Part shown: one piece after another, positions 1-11,184 of the stretch
Numbering within the stretch: position 1 is the first letter of the stretch
Layout of the letters: each line of letters opens with the position of its first letter
DNA from: the human T2T-CHM13v2.0 reference genome, Homo sapiens
NCBI RefSeq assembly: GCF_009914755.1
Contig: NC_060928.1
Direction: 5' to 3' (one strand)
Length of the DNA stretch: 64,000 nt
Position numbers and translations under genes: made by a program
The notes under the pieces: generated by a model
Databases searched by the model: none
Seen by the model: the letters and a program-made list of their open reading frames with translations, nothing else
What the model was told of the DNA's origin: nothing

Positions 1-329
1 TATATCTGCAGATAGTTTCATCCTTAAAAGGAATATTGTTTGCAATTATGTATGATGCTTTGAATCATATTAAACAAAGATATTAAAACATGATGCCATC
101 CAAATGTTGGTTGGCTATTCTGTCTCCTCCATACACACTTTTTTACATAATTGTAGTACAAATATTCCTAACCTCAGTAATCTAGAGCACTCAAATATAG
201 GTCAAACCACATCTAGTAACACTGAAAAAAATCCTTTTAATTTCCTTTAATTTTTGTTGTGGTGGGAAGTAAAATAGGTTACTATAACCCCTTACTTTTG
301 GTTCTCTGCTTGCTTTATTTCATTCTTAT

Positions 330-534
330 TATTTTTTTAAAAGTTCAGGTGCAATTTATATACGATAAAAAATAAAATGCTAAAATGGAAACTCAAAGTA
401 TACAAAAAAGAAAACACACAGTTCTAAGTGTTCTATTTGATGAATTTTGCTAATTCCATGGAAATGTGAAACTTACAAAAGAAAAAAATAAAGCAAAGAA
501 TGATGGAGAACATTTCATCACTAAAGTTCCCCAG
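330..534 (-). mobile_element. Old L1M (L1MC/ME-type) 3' end fragment, interrupted by the provirus
   Basis: Degenerate antisense L1 3' UTR-like sequence (ttgatgaattttg...gaacatttcatcac) that appears to resume after the provirus at 4955. Confidence 0.45.
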
Positions 535-895
535 TGTAAGGGAAATGGCTGCACTTTAGTCAGGAGTAGGCCAAGGCAGGCTTCTGATGTGGCATGACTC
601 AGCAGGTTTGGAGCACAGGTGCACAACTCTGCACATTATGTAACCACTCCATGTGAGGCGCATTATGTAACCACTCACATGACCTCGCACTTGGCTCGGA
701 GCCACTATTGTCTGTAAAAGGTATAACTACCCTGCTGATGCTGTACATACGGATGGCTTGCTTGCTCCCAGAGAGAGAACAAAGCCATGTTGAAACTTCT
801 TACAATTCCTCAAGTGTTCTTTCAGCTGTCTGCCACTTGTCTACCCACTCCCTTCGGTCCTCAGCTTGGGTTGGAATCTGACACTTGGTGTGACA
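535..895 (+). mobile_element. 5' LTR (LTR18 family), 361 bp
   Basis: TGTAAG...TGACA termini; aligns along its length with 4562-4949; TGACTCA at 595-601; TTATGTAA at 636 and 663. Confidence 0.9.
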
Positions 896-897
896 CT

Positions 898-915
898 TGA
901 CATAGTCGACAGGAT
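898..915 (+). promoter_or_regulatory. Primer binding site for tRNA-Ser
   Basis: TGACATAGTCGACAGGAT versus TGGCGTAGTCGGCAGGAT (complement of the tRNA-Ser 3' end), three G>A changes, starting 2 nt after the LTR. Confidence 0.85.
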
Positions 916-1620
916 GCCAAAGTGAGTGAGCCTTTGGCCCCTGTTGATTCCAGGTCAGCCATGTGGCCACAACATGGATTGTGGTACTTGGATAGGCTGT
1001 GCTTACAAGCATCTGTGCTGCTTGGATGGGCTCTGGTGGAAACCTGGGTGGTGGTAGGTGGGTCCCCCACAAGCATGGAGAAGGCACTGAAGCAGCTGGA
1101 AGCACAGAGCATCGAGAAGGAGCCAGCCTTTGCCAGCAGTTGGTTGGGCATTTGTGACTGTGCTGCAGGAATTGCCTGCTTAGTCCCTAAGGGGTCCCGC
1201 GGGGAGGTGTGGGAATTAAAGAAACAGTGTTACCAGCGTCCAGGAAACCCCTGCCCACCTGGATGCTTTGTCTGTGAAACGAGGGGGCAGATTGTATATG
1301 CTGTTCCACCTCTGAGATGGAAAAGCTGGCCTCTATCACAACTCATCCCTTCTTTCGTCAGTGGCTGCAAGTAAGTAGCTGGCTGGAACAAGGGCAAGGT
1401 GACCACACCCTGACTGAGAGGCTATGGGCAACCACAGGAACTGTGAACGATGCCGGTGAAATACTCAAAACTGTCAGTAGATGGCAGTCGTATACAGACT
1501 TGGTGCAAGTCATTCAGGAGAAGGGTAATGCTGCATGACCAGGTCCCTCCCGGGAGTTCCAGTTCAAAGATTATTTGCTGCAGCTGGGCGCGGGTGTAGA
1601 GCTTTTTCTATTTGATTAAG
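916..1620 (+). pseudogene. HERV-S gag remnant
   Basis: Position between PBS and protease; broken ORFs 922-1374 and 1317-1538. Confidence 0.6.
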
Positions 1621-1669
1621 GAACTGGCCAAGGTGACCAGCTTAGAAAAACACCGGACGACTGGAGGCC

Positions 1670-3390
1670 ACATGTGAAATTAGCAATCCACTTGTCCCCC
1701 ACCAACATACGGCAAGTGCTGGCACTGGTAGACACTAGCACAGATACATTCTATGGGTGGACATTCTACATGGCTTGGCAGCTGACCCATTTATCACGGA
1801 CTTGATGGACCACTTTATGATGAAATTGGAACAGTACCACTATAGTAGAACAATAGTGGCCACATAGTGGCCAATGCATTCTTCTCAATTGACATTGCTC
1901 TAGAGAGCCAGAAATAGCTTTCCTTCATGGAACGATGACAATGGACTTTCACAGTGTTGCCGCAGGGCTATATGCATAGCCTCACTATATGTCATGGTCT
2001 CTATATGTCATGGGTGATATTATGTTAACTTCTGATTATTTTGCAGATTTAGAAATGGCAATGCTCCTCTTTCCTGGGATTGGAATGGTGCGGCTGGGAC
2101 CTCCTTCCTAGCAGCCAGCTGGGCTATTCAGCAGGCACAAGCCCTACAGGAAGTTGACCAGGGGCACCCATTTGAGCTGCATGTGCATGTGACCACAGAT
2201 GGTTTTGGCTGGGGCCCCTCGCAGTGCACGGAGCCCTTTAGAATGCCAGTAGATTTTTGGTCCCAACTTTGGAAAGCAGCTGAGCTCCGGTATTTCTTGA
2301 CAGAGAAACAGCAGCTGTATATGCCGCCCTTCAGCCTCATGAGAGCATGACAAGATAGGCTACAGTTGTCATGCGGACAACATACTCTATAGTGGGATGG
2401 GTGCATTCATGGGCAATGACCCCTTGGACTGGGACAGCGCAGACATCCACCTTAGCAAAGTGGGACACGTACTTTGAGCAGCGGAGTACTCTGAGTATGA
2501 GTCCCTTAGAAGCAGAGCTGCAAGAGGTCTTGGGACCTGTAGTCCTAATGCAAGATAAGGCCATGGGGCCTGAGGCACCCCTAGACCCCAAGCCAGCACC
2601 ATTTAAGGAAGGGAGCCCCCCTATTGCCAGTGGGTCATGGTACACAGATGGGTCTAGCCAAGATACTACTGCTTCCTGGAAAACTGTTGCAGTCCAACCT
2701 AATATTGACACCATACGGTTTGAAACTGAGTATGGGCAAAGTAGCCAATGGGCTGAAGTTAGATCAGTGTGGATGGTGATCACTAAGGAGGTGACACCTA
2801 TGACAATCTGTACCAATAGCTGGGTGGTCTCTTGAGGCTTAACCTTGTGGTTACCTACCTGGAAAATACAGAAGTGGCCACTTGGTCACTGGTCCATGTG
2901 GGGCCAAGCTATGTGGCAAAACTTATGGGAGGAAGGATGACCTCCCACAACCAGGTGTGGAGATGAATGGTAGGCAAGAGAACAGAAAACTTGGCTGTGA
3001 CCATGGACCACATGGACCAAAGCCCCCCACTCCTGGTAGCTGGCCATCAAAGCTCCCTGGGTAGAGGGCCTACAGTATGACTTGCATGAAACTCCTTGGG
3101 TGTTCAATACATGTCCCTCACAGTTGACTGTTCATAGGGGAACAGTCGGGGGGGAACCCTTCTCCAGGGGACATATGTACTGTCTGCATGTCCTATTATG
3201 AGCTTTCCTGTGACTTTGGCATATATACAGGACCCAAAGTAATCATGGGGAGCCGAGAAAATGTGCTACCATCGCCCAGTGCAGAAACCTTTGGTGGCTG
3301 CATTCTTATCCAGGATGAAAGGTTAGCCTGTATTTTGCCTGAGGGATGTGATTTACCTCTGTTAGTACCTGTGCCTGCTCTGTCATTTTG
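1670..3390 (+). pseudogene. HERV-S pro-pol remnant (protease, partial RT, RNase H; integrase core not recognisable)
   Basis: LALVDT protease motif ~1720-1737; ANAFFSI...WTFTVLPQGYMHS RT motif ~1870-1980; RNase H WYTDGSS...SSQWAEVR...ICTNSW in ORF 2371-2835; many stops and deletions. Confidence 0.85.
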
Positions 3391-3399
3391 ACCATTGGT

Positions 3400-4550
3400 T
3401 AACATGCTCCGATTGCATTGTGGGCTGGGCCCTCGACTACACTGAGGTAACCAATGTTTCCAACAGTTGGATCTGCATTGCCCTTCCAGCAGCAGCTGCA
3501 GATGGCTTGCCTCAGCACATACATTCAGGGTCTGCAGAGAACTGAACATGGCTGGAGATTTGGGGTCCCATGACCGATGCCTGGAACGCAACATGGCTAG
3601 CCTTGGACAAAGGACACTGCAAGACCCATGGTACACCCACCTCCTGGCTGGCCCATAGTGTTTATGATGGGTGGGACTGGCTAGTGGGGGAACATGTAGT
3701 ACCCCTGACCCAAGCAACATGGTGCATAGAACAGCATTAGGGTACCGCCACTGTGGGATGGATGCCCCTTACGACCTGTGCAAACATAACACATGTCACC
3801 ACACTGAAGGTATGGTATAGCAAGCAGCCCCACCACGGTCAGGCTCTGATGGACTTTGTGCCCCCTGGGAGTTTATGAGTCTGTGGGTACACAGGGTGGT
3901 CTTACCAGTGAACTGGACTGGCTGTTGTACATGGGGGTGGTCTTATGTACGTGCCACTGTTCTCCCCACATTGCCCAGACACTCACATAACTGGGAGGTG
4001 GTACGCTCTTGGTTTTTGCAAGTGTGATGAGCCCCCTGGTGGTTCTACCCCTTAGAAATGACTATCCCTGGAGCCGGTGTCCTAACTGTAGAAGCACAAG
4101 TTACCTCTCTTGCAGAGCACACCGCTTGGGCTCTGAATTACACCTAAGTAGCCCTCTTGCTGTTAATGGATGAGGTTGATCAGATGAGAAAAATGGTGTT
4201 ACAAAACTGAATGGCCTTACACATAGTAACTGCTGCCCAAGGAGGCACCTGTGCCCTTTTAGGAACACAATGTTGCACCTTTATTCCTGACAATGGGCAG
4301 AACATAACAGCAGCCCTGCAAAGGGTCTCACAGGAGATTAAGGTGGTCAAAAGCCTTAATCTGCAAGATTACCCCCTGCAGAGATGGTGGGCATCTCTAG
4401 GCTCTGGCTCTTGCTGGGCCCTAATAGTCACAAGTAGCATAGCTGGGATCCTAGTAGTGAGCTGTTGCTCTCTGTGTTGTTGTTGTGGGTTATGAATTCG
4501 GGGCTCTGCCTTATGGGCACATGTCCCTGCCTGGAGGATGCCCTCAGCTG
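3400..4550 (+). pseudogene. HERV-S env remnant
   Basis: Immunosuppressive-domain-like LQN*MALHIVTAAQGG, CX6CC motif CALLGTQCC and a hydrophobic membrane anchor in ORF 4211-4495; SU region disrupted; 5' boundary approximate. Confidence 0.85.
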
Positions 4551-4561
4551 AGGTGGTGGAG

Positions 4562-4949
4562 TATAAGGGAAATGGCTGTGCTTTAGTCAGGAGTCTGCCA
4601 AGGCAGCCTTCCAGTGCAGCATGTCTCAGCGGGTTCGGAACACAGGCACACGACTCTGCTCTTTATGTAACCATGCCACATGAGGCACATTATGTAACCA
4701 TACCATCTGAGGTGCATTAGGTAACCACTCACATGAGCTCATGCTTGGCTCAGAGTCACTATTGTCTGTAAAAGGTACAGCTACCCTACTGATGCTGTAC
4801 ATATGGCTGGCTTGCTTGTGCCCAGAGAGAGAATAAAGCCATGTCAAAACTCCCTATGATTGCTTGAGTGTTCTTTCAGCTGCCTGTCACTTGTCCACCC
4901 ACTTCCCTCAGTCCTCAGCTTGGGCTGGAGCCTGACACTTGGAGTGACA
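4562..4949 (+). mobile_element. 3' LTR (LTR18 family), 388 bp
   Basis: TATAAG (TG>TA)...TGACA; preceded by GAGGTGGTGGAG purine tract; AATAAA at 4832-4837; followed by TSD CCCAG. Confidence 0.9.
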
Positions 4950-4954
4950 CCCAG

Positions 4955-5410
4955 TGTTTATTTCCAGGCAGATTTCCCTATATTCTAATCTGGGTGTTTT
5001 TTTCACTGTATCTCTCACCATAGATTAATTATAACTAATCAAGAACTTGGTAAATGGAATAACATAATATGTAATCTTGGGTGGCTGACTTCTCTCACTC
5101 ATTTACCTATTGCATTTACCAGCACATTTTAATTGTTGAGAAGCATCTCATTGTGTAAGTACATTACAATTTGTTTATCTGTAACCCTGTTCATGAACAT
5201 TTGGATTGCTTCCAATTTGAGGTTAATATAGGTAAGATTGTTATGAATATATACAGGTCTTTTATGAATGTAGGTTTTTAAAAATCTCCTAAGTAAACAC
5301 ATAGCAGTCAAACTGCTGAATCTCAGAATAGCAATAAGTTTAACATTTTAAGAAAATGCCAAATTATTTACCATAGAGGCTATAGCAGTTTACCTTCCAC
5401 AGCAATCAGC
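4955..5410 (-). mobile_element. Old L1M fragment (continuation of 330-534)
   Basis: Antisense L1 3'-end phrases (aaatggaat...ttctctcactc; aacatttggattgcttcca; tgccaaattattttacca). Confidence 0.6.
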
Positions 5411-6135
5411 TAGGTAATGGGCTGGAAAATTTCATTAGAAAAAGAAAAAAAGTAGATTAAGACAAAATAAGCCATGAATAACCAGGCATCAAAGAGGAAT
5501 GTCTTCCATAAGTGAATTATCTTGGATAAATTATAGTTCCAGTAGGCAATAGAAAAGTAGGGCAAGAAAATAAAATAAGACTCTAAATGGAAGGCTGGGG
5601 AGTGCAATGAATTTGGTAGGATTCCAAAGGCTGACACAACCCTTGCTTTTTAAACCTTCCTATAACCACTCACAACCTCAATTTTCTTTCCTCTGCAAAA
5701 GATATGTATCCCCTTTGGTTTCGAGGTAGCAGATAATTGGAGAACTAAATTGCAACAATTTCACAAGTTTGAATAATTAAAGGGACTTAAAAGGACTCAC
5801 AGTTTGCACTCCTGTAAGGCCTTAATGTAATTAATACCAAAGAGCAGGAGAAAGAAAGTGCAGGCAAGCATGAGGACCCAAAAGACATCCAGTGGCTGCT
5901 CCTTCCGCTTCTTTCTTAGTGGTCTAGAATGTATTAATTTTGTGGTTGCAAATCCTCTGCAAAGTATCTTGAGTTCAGGGGAACATGGGCAAAAGTTCCT
6001 ATCAAGGTGTTTTAGGTCCCACTGGTCAGGTAGCCAAACCAGGCTCAGTTGCACCAGGTGTAAGTCATCAATGTACACATCCCTAATCCAGCTGGTCCAG
6101 AATACCCCAGCAACTTTATTACTTTATATTTAGCC

Positions 6136-6448
6136 TTATTATTTTTTATTTTTATTTTTTACAGGATCTTGCTGTCACCCAGGCTTCTGTGCAGTACAGT
6201 GGCATGATCACTGCTCATTGCAGCCTCGATCTCCCAGGCTCAATCCATCCATCTGCCTCAGCCTTCTGAGTAGCCGTGACTCCAGGCATGCACAACCAAG
6301 CCCAGATAAATTTTTTTGTGTGTTTTTTTGTAGAGATAGGGTTTCAACATGTTGCCCAGTCTGGTCTCGAATTCCTGGGCTCAAGCTATTCACCTGTCTT
6401 GGCCCTCCAAAGTGCTGGGATTATAGGCGTGAGCCACCGTGCCCAGCC
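6136..6448 (-). mobile_element. AluJ
   Basis: Dimeric antisense Alu with J-type ctcctgggctcaagc; T-rich tail on the left. Confidence 0.9.
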
Positions 6449-6619
6449 TGGCCTTATCTTAACCAAGAGAATTTAAGGTATCCATAGAGATAAGCATAGA
6501 GCAGACTCAGTCCAGCAATAATATAGCTGTATCTTATATATCATTGGTAACGGCAATCAAAGGAAGCTTAACAACATTATGAACAAGTTTTCATGCTTTT
6601 TTTTCTCCAATATTTTAAA

Positions 6620-6961
6620 CTATTTTTATTATTTTAACTTTAAGTTCCAGGGTGTATGTGCAGGTTTGTTACATAGGTAAACTTGTCTCATGGAAATTTG
6701 TGGTACAGATTATTGTATCACCCAGTTATTGAGCCTAGTACCCATTAGTTATTTTTCCTAATCCTTTTCCTCCTCCCACCTTCCACCCTCAGACAGGCCC
6801 TAGTGTGTGTTGTTCCATTCTGTCATCCATGTGTTCTCATTTAGCTTCCACTTACAAGTGAGGACATTCGGTCTTAAGTGTTCTGTTTCTGCATTAGTTT
6901 GCAATGGATAATGGCCTCCAGCTCCATCCATATTCCTGCAAAGGATGTGACCTCGTTCTTC
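6620..6961 (-). mobile_element. Older L1PA (about L1PA13-16) 3' end, 5'-truncated
   Basis: Antisense L1 3' UTR gtgcaggtttgttacataggtaaac...gcctccagctccatcc. Confidence 0.85.
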
Positions 6962-7294
6962 ATCCTAAAAGATATTCATTTACTTTCAAAAGTAGTTTTA
7001 AAAGCACATAAATATTAATTACAATTAATTTCAAAAGTGGTTTTAGAAATAATAGATATACTATTTATATCAACATATCAATATTTCTATCCTTATCATA
7101 TAATAATATCTTCTCGTAATGATGAGGACATGTAATGATCAGGTCCTAGTTTGTTTGTCTTGTTTGGAAACATTACTGAAAATGTGTTGCAGGATAGACT
7201 TTAGTTTCTCAAAAGTAGCATCAGTGTATTCAGAGCTGATCACCTCAAAAGTAACCTTCAGACATATGCAATTATATAGACTATTACATAAGAT

Positions 7295-7440
7295 TAGTTT
7301 AAAATTTTCTGTGAAAAGAACACTTAACATAAAATCTGCCCTCTTAATAAATTTAATAAGTGCAAAGTATCATATTGTTAACTATAGGCTCTACGTTGTA
7401 AAGTTCATTTCTAGAAATAACATAACTGAAACTTTATGCC
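7295..7440 (-). mobile_element. L1MB-like 3' end fragment
   Basis: agaacacttaacataaaatctgccctctta...aactgaaactttatgccc resembles an antisense L1MB terminus. Confidence 0.6.
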
Positions 7441-7520
7441 CTGTACACTTTAAGTATATGCAGCTCTCTGTATATCAATTATGCCTAAATGAAGCTGTTA
7501 AAAATAAAGGAAAAAAAAGA
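7441..7520 (+). mobile_element. L1M 3' terminal fragment with A tail
   Basis: tgtacactttaa...tatatcaattatgcctaaatgaagctgttaaaaa. Confidence 0.55.
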
Positions 7521-7864
7521 TTAGTTTAATATTAGTCAAATATATGAAACAGTATGTGTTTTTCTTCCAGTCTTAATTATTTTTCTAAATATCATTGGAG
7601 CATTTGCAAAAACCTTTGATATGATCATGAACAATGTGCTGGTAGAGTTGTTGTTTAACCAATGAGCATTATCTCTTCAATTAAATGATATATGTGAAAA
7701 AACAAATTATTTATGCTTATTCATAAAAAAGTTATCCCATGCGTTTGATAAGCCCTCATGCAAACGTACCATTGATTGCCTAATGTGTTTTTTCCAACCA
7801 TTGTACTTTTGTTTTAAGGGTAATCTCTTTAGTATTAGTGAAAACATAGCATATTATTAACACT

Positions 7865-8050
7865 AATATTAATGGTAGTTGACGTTTATGAAATACTTTT
7901 CCAAATACACTACTTATTATTTAACTTTCACTAAACTTTATTACGTAGGTACTATTTTTCCTCATTTTACAGGAAAAGAAACTGAGACTTAGAATAGAGA
8001 CTTTGGGTAGTGTAGCAGTAAACACAGCAGAGTCTAATGACAATTCTGAC
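7865..8050 (-). mobile_element. MIR
   Basis: Core cattttacaggaaaagaaactgagacttaga. Confidence 0.7.
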
Positions 8051-9929
8051 ATTTACCGGAAGTGTACTTTGGGTAAAAGCCTTAAGCTCTAGTTCCTCAC
8101 TTTCCTTATCTATAGAAGACAATTGTTTATCTTTTTCATACCAACAAAGCATATTATATATATGTCTTGACCATGACATTAAGGTGAATGGAAGTGTACT
8201 ATATCTTAATTGATTAGTCATGATGCTGGTATTCTTCTGTCAAGTAGGAAAATAAAATTGTAAGTCTCTTAGGACATTTTTGAGGTTCTATCCATAGATA
8301 CAAAATATTTCTTTAAAGCTGAAAACTGTGATACATATAGATGTGTTATTACGCTTAAGATGTAAATGTAAAGAATCCTAAAATTAAAGCTATAAGCATT
8401 GCTGATTTTGAACAAAACTATTTTTTAGTATAGCATTTGTTTCTAAGGAAAGAAAAATGCTAAGATGGCATGTGTTCTATTGTCTCAATGAAAAGATACA
8501 TTACAATAAATTTAAAGTAAAGCAATCTACTCTGAAACCAAGGGGTTTTAATAGTGGAAAAGAGAAAATGTGTTTGGTTTGTGTGAATCCTTGCTTCTGT
8601 ACTGCCCTCAAACCTGCTTCAGCATAGGCTCTCACTTTCTCGGTCCTGAATTCACCCTCATGAAGGCAGACAACATTCAAGGTCCAAAAAGTCACCAAGA
8701 GGTGGGTTGTTAAATTAGTCTTACTGCCCTAGCTTGTATGGAGCTTGGAGTGTCTGGATACCTGAGTGCCAAGATGATACTGCCCTCCCTTCTTAGTCCC
8801 AGGGGTACTGGTCCAGTCTTAGGATCCTAGGATGGCCTGTGCCTTCGTTTCCTGAGAGCAGTGCTCTCTCCTTTATCTCTATTTTCTTGGTCCCAATTTT
8901 GAGGCTTTGCCCTTACTCGTGTATCCTTACTGCACAAAGGAATAAATAAATCTCAACTTAAAAGAACATTACTAAGTGATTATTCTGCACTATACCCCCA
9001 GAAAAAGGTTTTTTTGTCCTGTGATTTCTTCACACAGAAAAATTTCAGAGTCTCAAAACCAAGAAAATGTATTAGACCAAAGTTTATTTTTGAATATTTT
9101 ACTTTATTGTTTTTATGTTTATTTCATCATAAATTTGCTTGTAGAGCAGAACATCCTAAGAATATATTTTAAAAATTATTACTCTCTAGCTTTTGAAGGC
9201 TGTTCATTAGTGAAAATATTGACCTTTATTTGCCATGTGCTTCTTGAAGCAACTGAACTAATAACTAGAAATGCTTAATTTTGAAATGTTGTTAGCTTTT
9301 CAACTTCCTTATAAAACTATACCAGTGATTACTTTTAATGAACTTAGTAATTTGTATTTATATTACTGTAAATCTGACTTTAAAAGAAACTCTATTTTAC
9401 TGAATATCTCAATAGTCTTTCTGAGTGACAGTAGAAATGTATTACAAATAATGCAGTGTAGTCTGTGTAGCTTAAAGCTGAAATTAAAAAGATTTTCTTT
9501 AAATAAGAAAGATACAACATAGCAGTAAAATAGAGCAGAATCAGGCAGGAGTAGGGGATGGCTTCAATGCCTTCATAGCTGACCACTAGAAAATAGGAAT
9601 ACAATGATCCTATGTAAATTAAAATGACATTTAACCTTTTCTCAGGTTATGAAATCTTAAGCATAAGGAAATTAGATTCCCTCAACTGTATAAAATTGTC
9701 TTAGTGAAATGTAAAGTCAGTTATGGGTGAGCTATACGTGTAAGTATAAAAGAAAACAATCTTAGTTATAAGTAACCTTTCTTAAAATCATAGCAATATG
9801 TAAAGTTTCTTATTACAATTGTTTCTTTCAAGTATTTCTTGTGTGATTAATAGTAATTTTTACTTTATATATTTTGGAGCTCTGTTATGTGACATATAAA
9901 TTTAGCTATAAAATTCATTGTACGTATGA

Positions 9930-10275
<346 letters not shown>

Positions 10276-10893
10276 AGCAACACTTTTTAAAATCACTGAT
10301 ATTTTTGGATACAACATATTATCAAAGTTATACACTGGGTAAGCATCACATGGACAGTCAAACAGAAAAAGCTTTACAAAGAATTAAACTGGTGAACTGC
10401 ATTGTAAGAAACAGATTTTTGGCATATGCGTGGTACATAGGTAAAAAAATGCCAGAGATTTCTGATAAGACTTGAAATACTGTGTTACATACATTTATTT
10501 CGTTTTGCTAATTATTTGATTTGTAATGATACCGCTTTAAAAAGATTCATTTGGATCCTGAATGCATGAATTGTATGTTGAAAACTTGATTCATGGTGAC
10601 TAAGTAGCAGAAAATAACCTCATTTAATAAAGAGTGAGTATTTATTTATGCCAGGTATATAGATAGATCTTTTCACTTGTTTGTTCAAGGGATACATATT
10701 GGAATATAGTCATGATTTGGATGCTTCTTTAAGGAAATGTATCACTTTTATGACAAAATAGCATAATTTTATGATTGAGAATAAGATATATAATTTTTAA
10801 GACATCATTACTTGTAAATGGTTCAAGTAATAAAAAGCAAACCTAGTTTCATTACTAAATGATTTTACTTTTTACTCATAAGAAAGATAAATT

Positions 10894-11184
10894 GGCCTGG
10901 CATAGTGGCTCATGCCTGTGATCCTAAGACTTTCAGAGGCTGTGACAGAAAGATTGTTTGAGCTCAAGAGTTTGAGACCAGCCTGGGAACCATAGCAAGA
11001 CCTTGTCTCTACTAAAAATTACAAAACAAACAAAAAAAATAGCTGGGAGTGATGACAGTGCCTGGAGGCTGAGGTGGCAAGACTGCTTGAGCTCAGGAGT
11101 TACAGACTACAGTGAGCTATGATCACACCTCTGCGCTCCAGCCTGGGCAACAGAGTGAGATACTGTCTTAAAAAAAAGAAAACA
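10894..11184 (+). mobile_element. AluJ with a small right-arm deletion
   Basis: ggcctggcatagtggctcatgcctgt...A tail; flanking AAGATAA repeats. Confidence 0.9.

Larger units (their letters stand above)
535..4949 (+). mobile_element. HERV-S (HERV18/HERVL18) provirus, internally deleted
   Basis: Two homologous LTRs; TSD CCCAG at 530-534 and 4950-4954; tRNA-Ser PBS; protease, RT, RNase H and env TM motifs; purine tract before the 3' LTR. Confidence 0.9.

Noticed and set aside
636-690. 27-bp repeats in LTR18 (and the ~38-bp array at 30938-31090) as CRISPR-like arrays
   Set aside because: Head-to-tail tandem units without unique spacers, inside retroviral LTRs in primate DNA; no cas genes
898-915. 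tRNA gene
   Set aside because: Only an 18-nt complement of a tRNA 3' end, that is a PBS; no cloverleaf
3400-4550. Domesticated syncytin-like env gene
   Set aside because: Multiple stops in SU and in the ISD; no long ORF
5600-6110. ORFs 5797-6078 and 5858-6133 as coding exons
   Set aside because: No recognisable protein; the segment may be a decayed LTR but I could not assign it confidently
6208-6487. Alu-derived ORFs (also 9865-10077, 42084-42404, 43434-43797)
   Set aside because: Typical chance translations of Alu sequence
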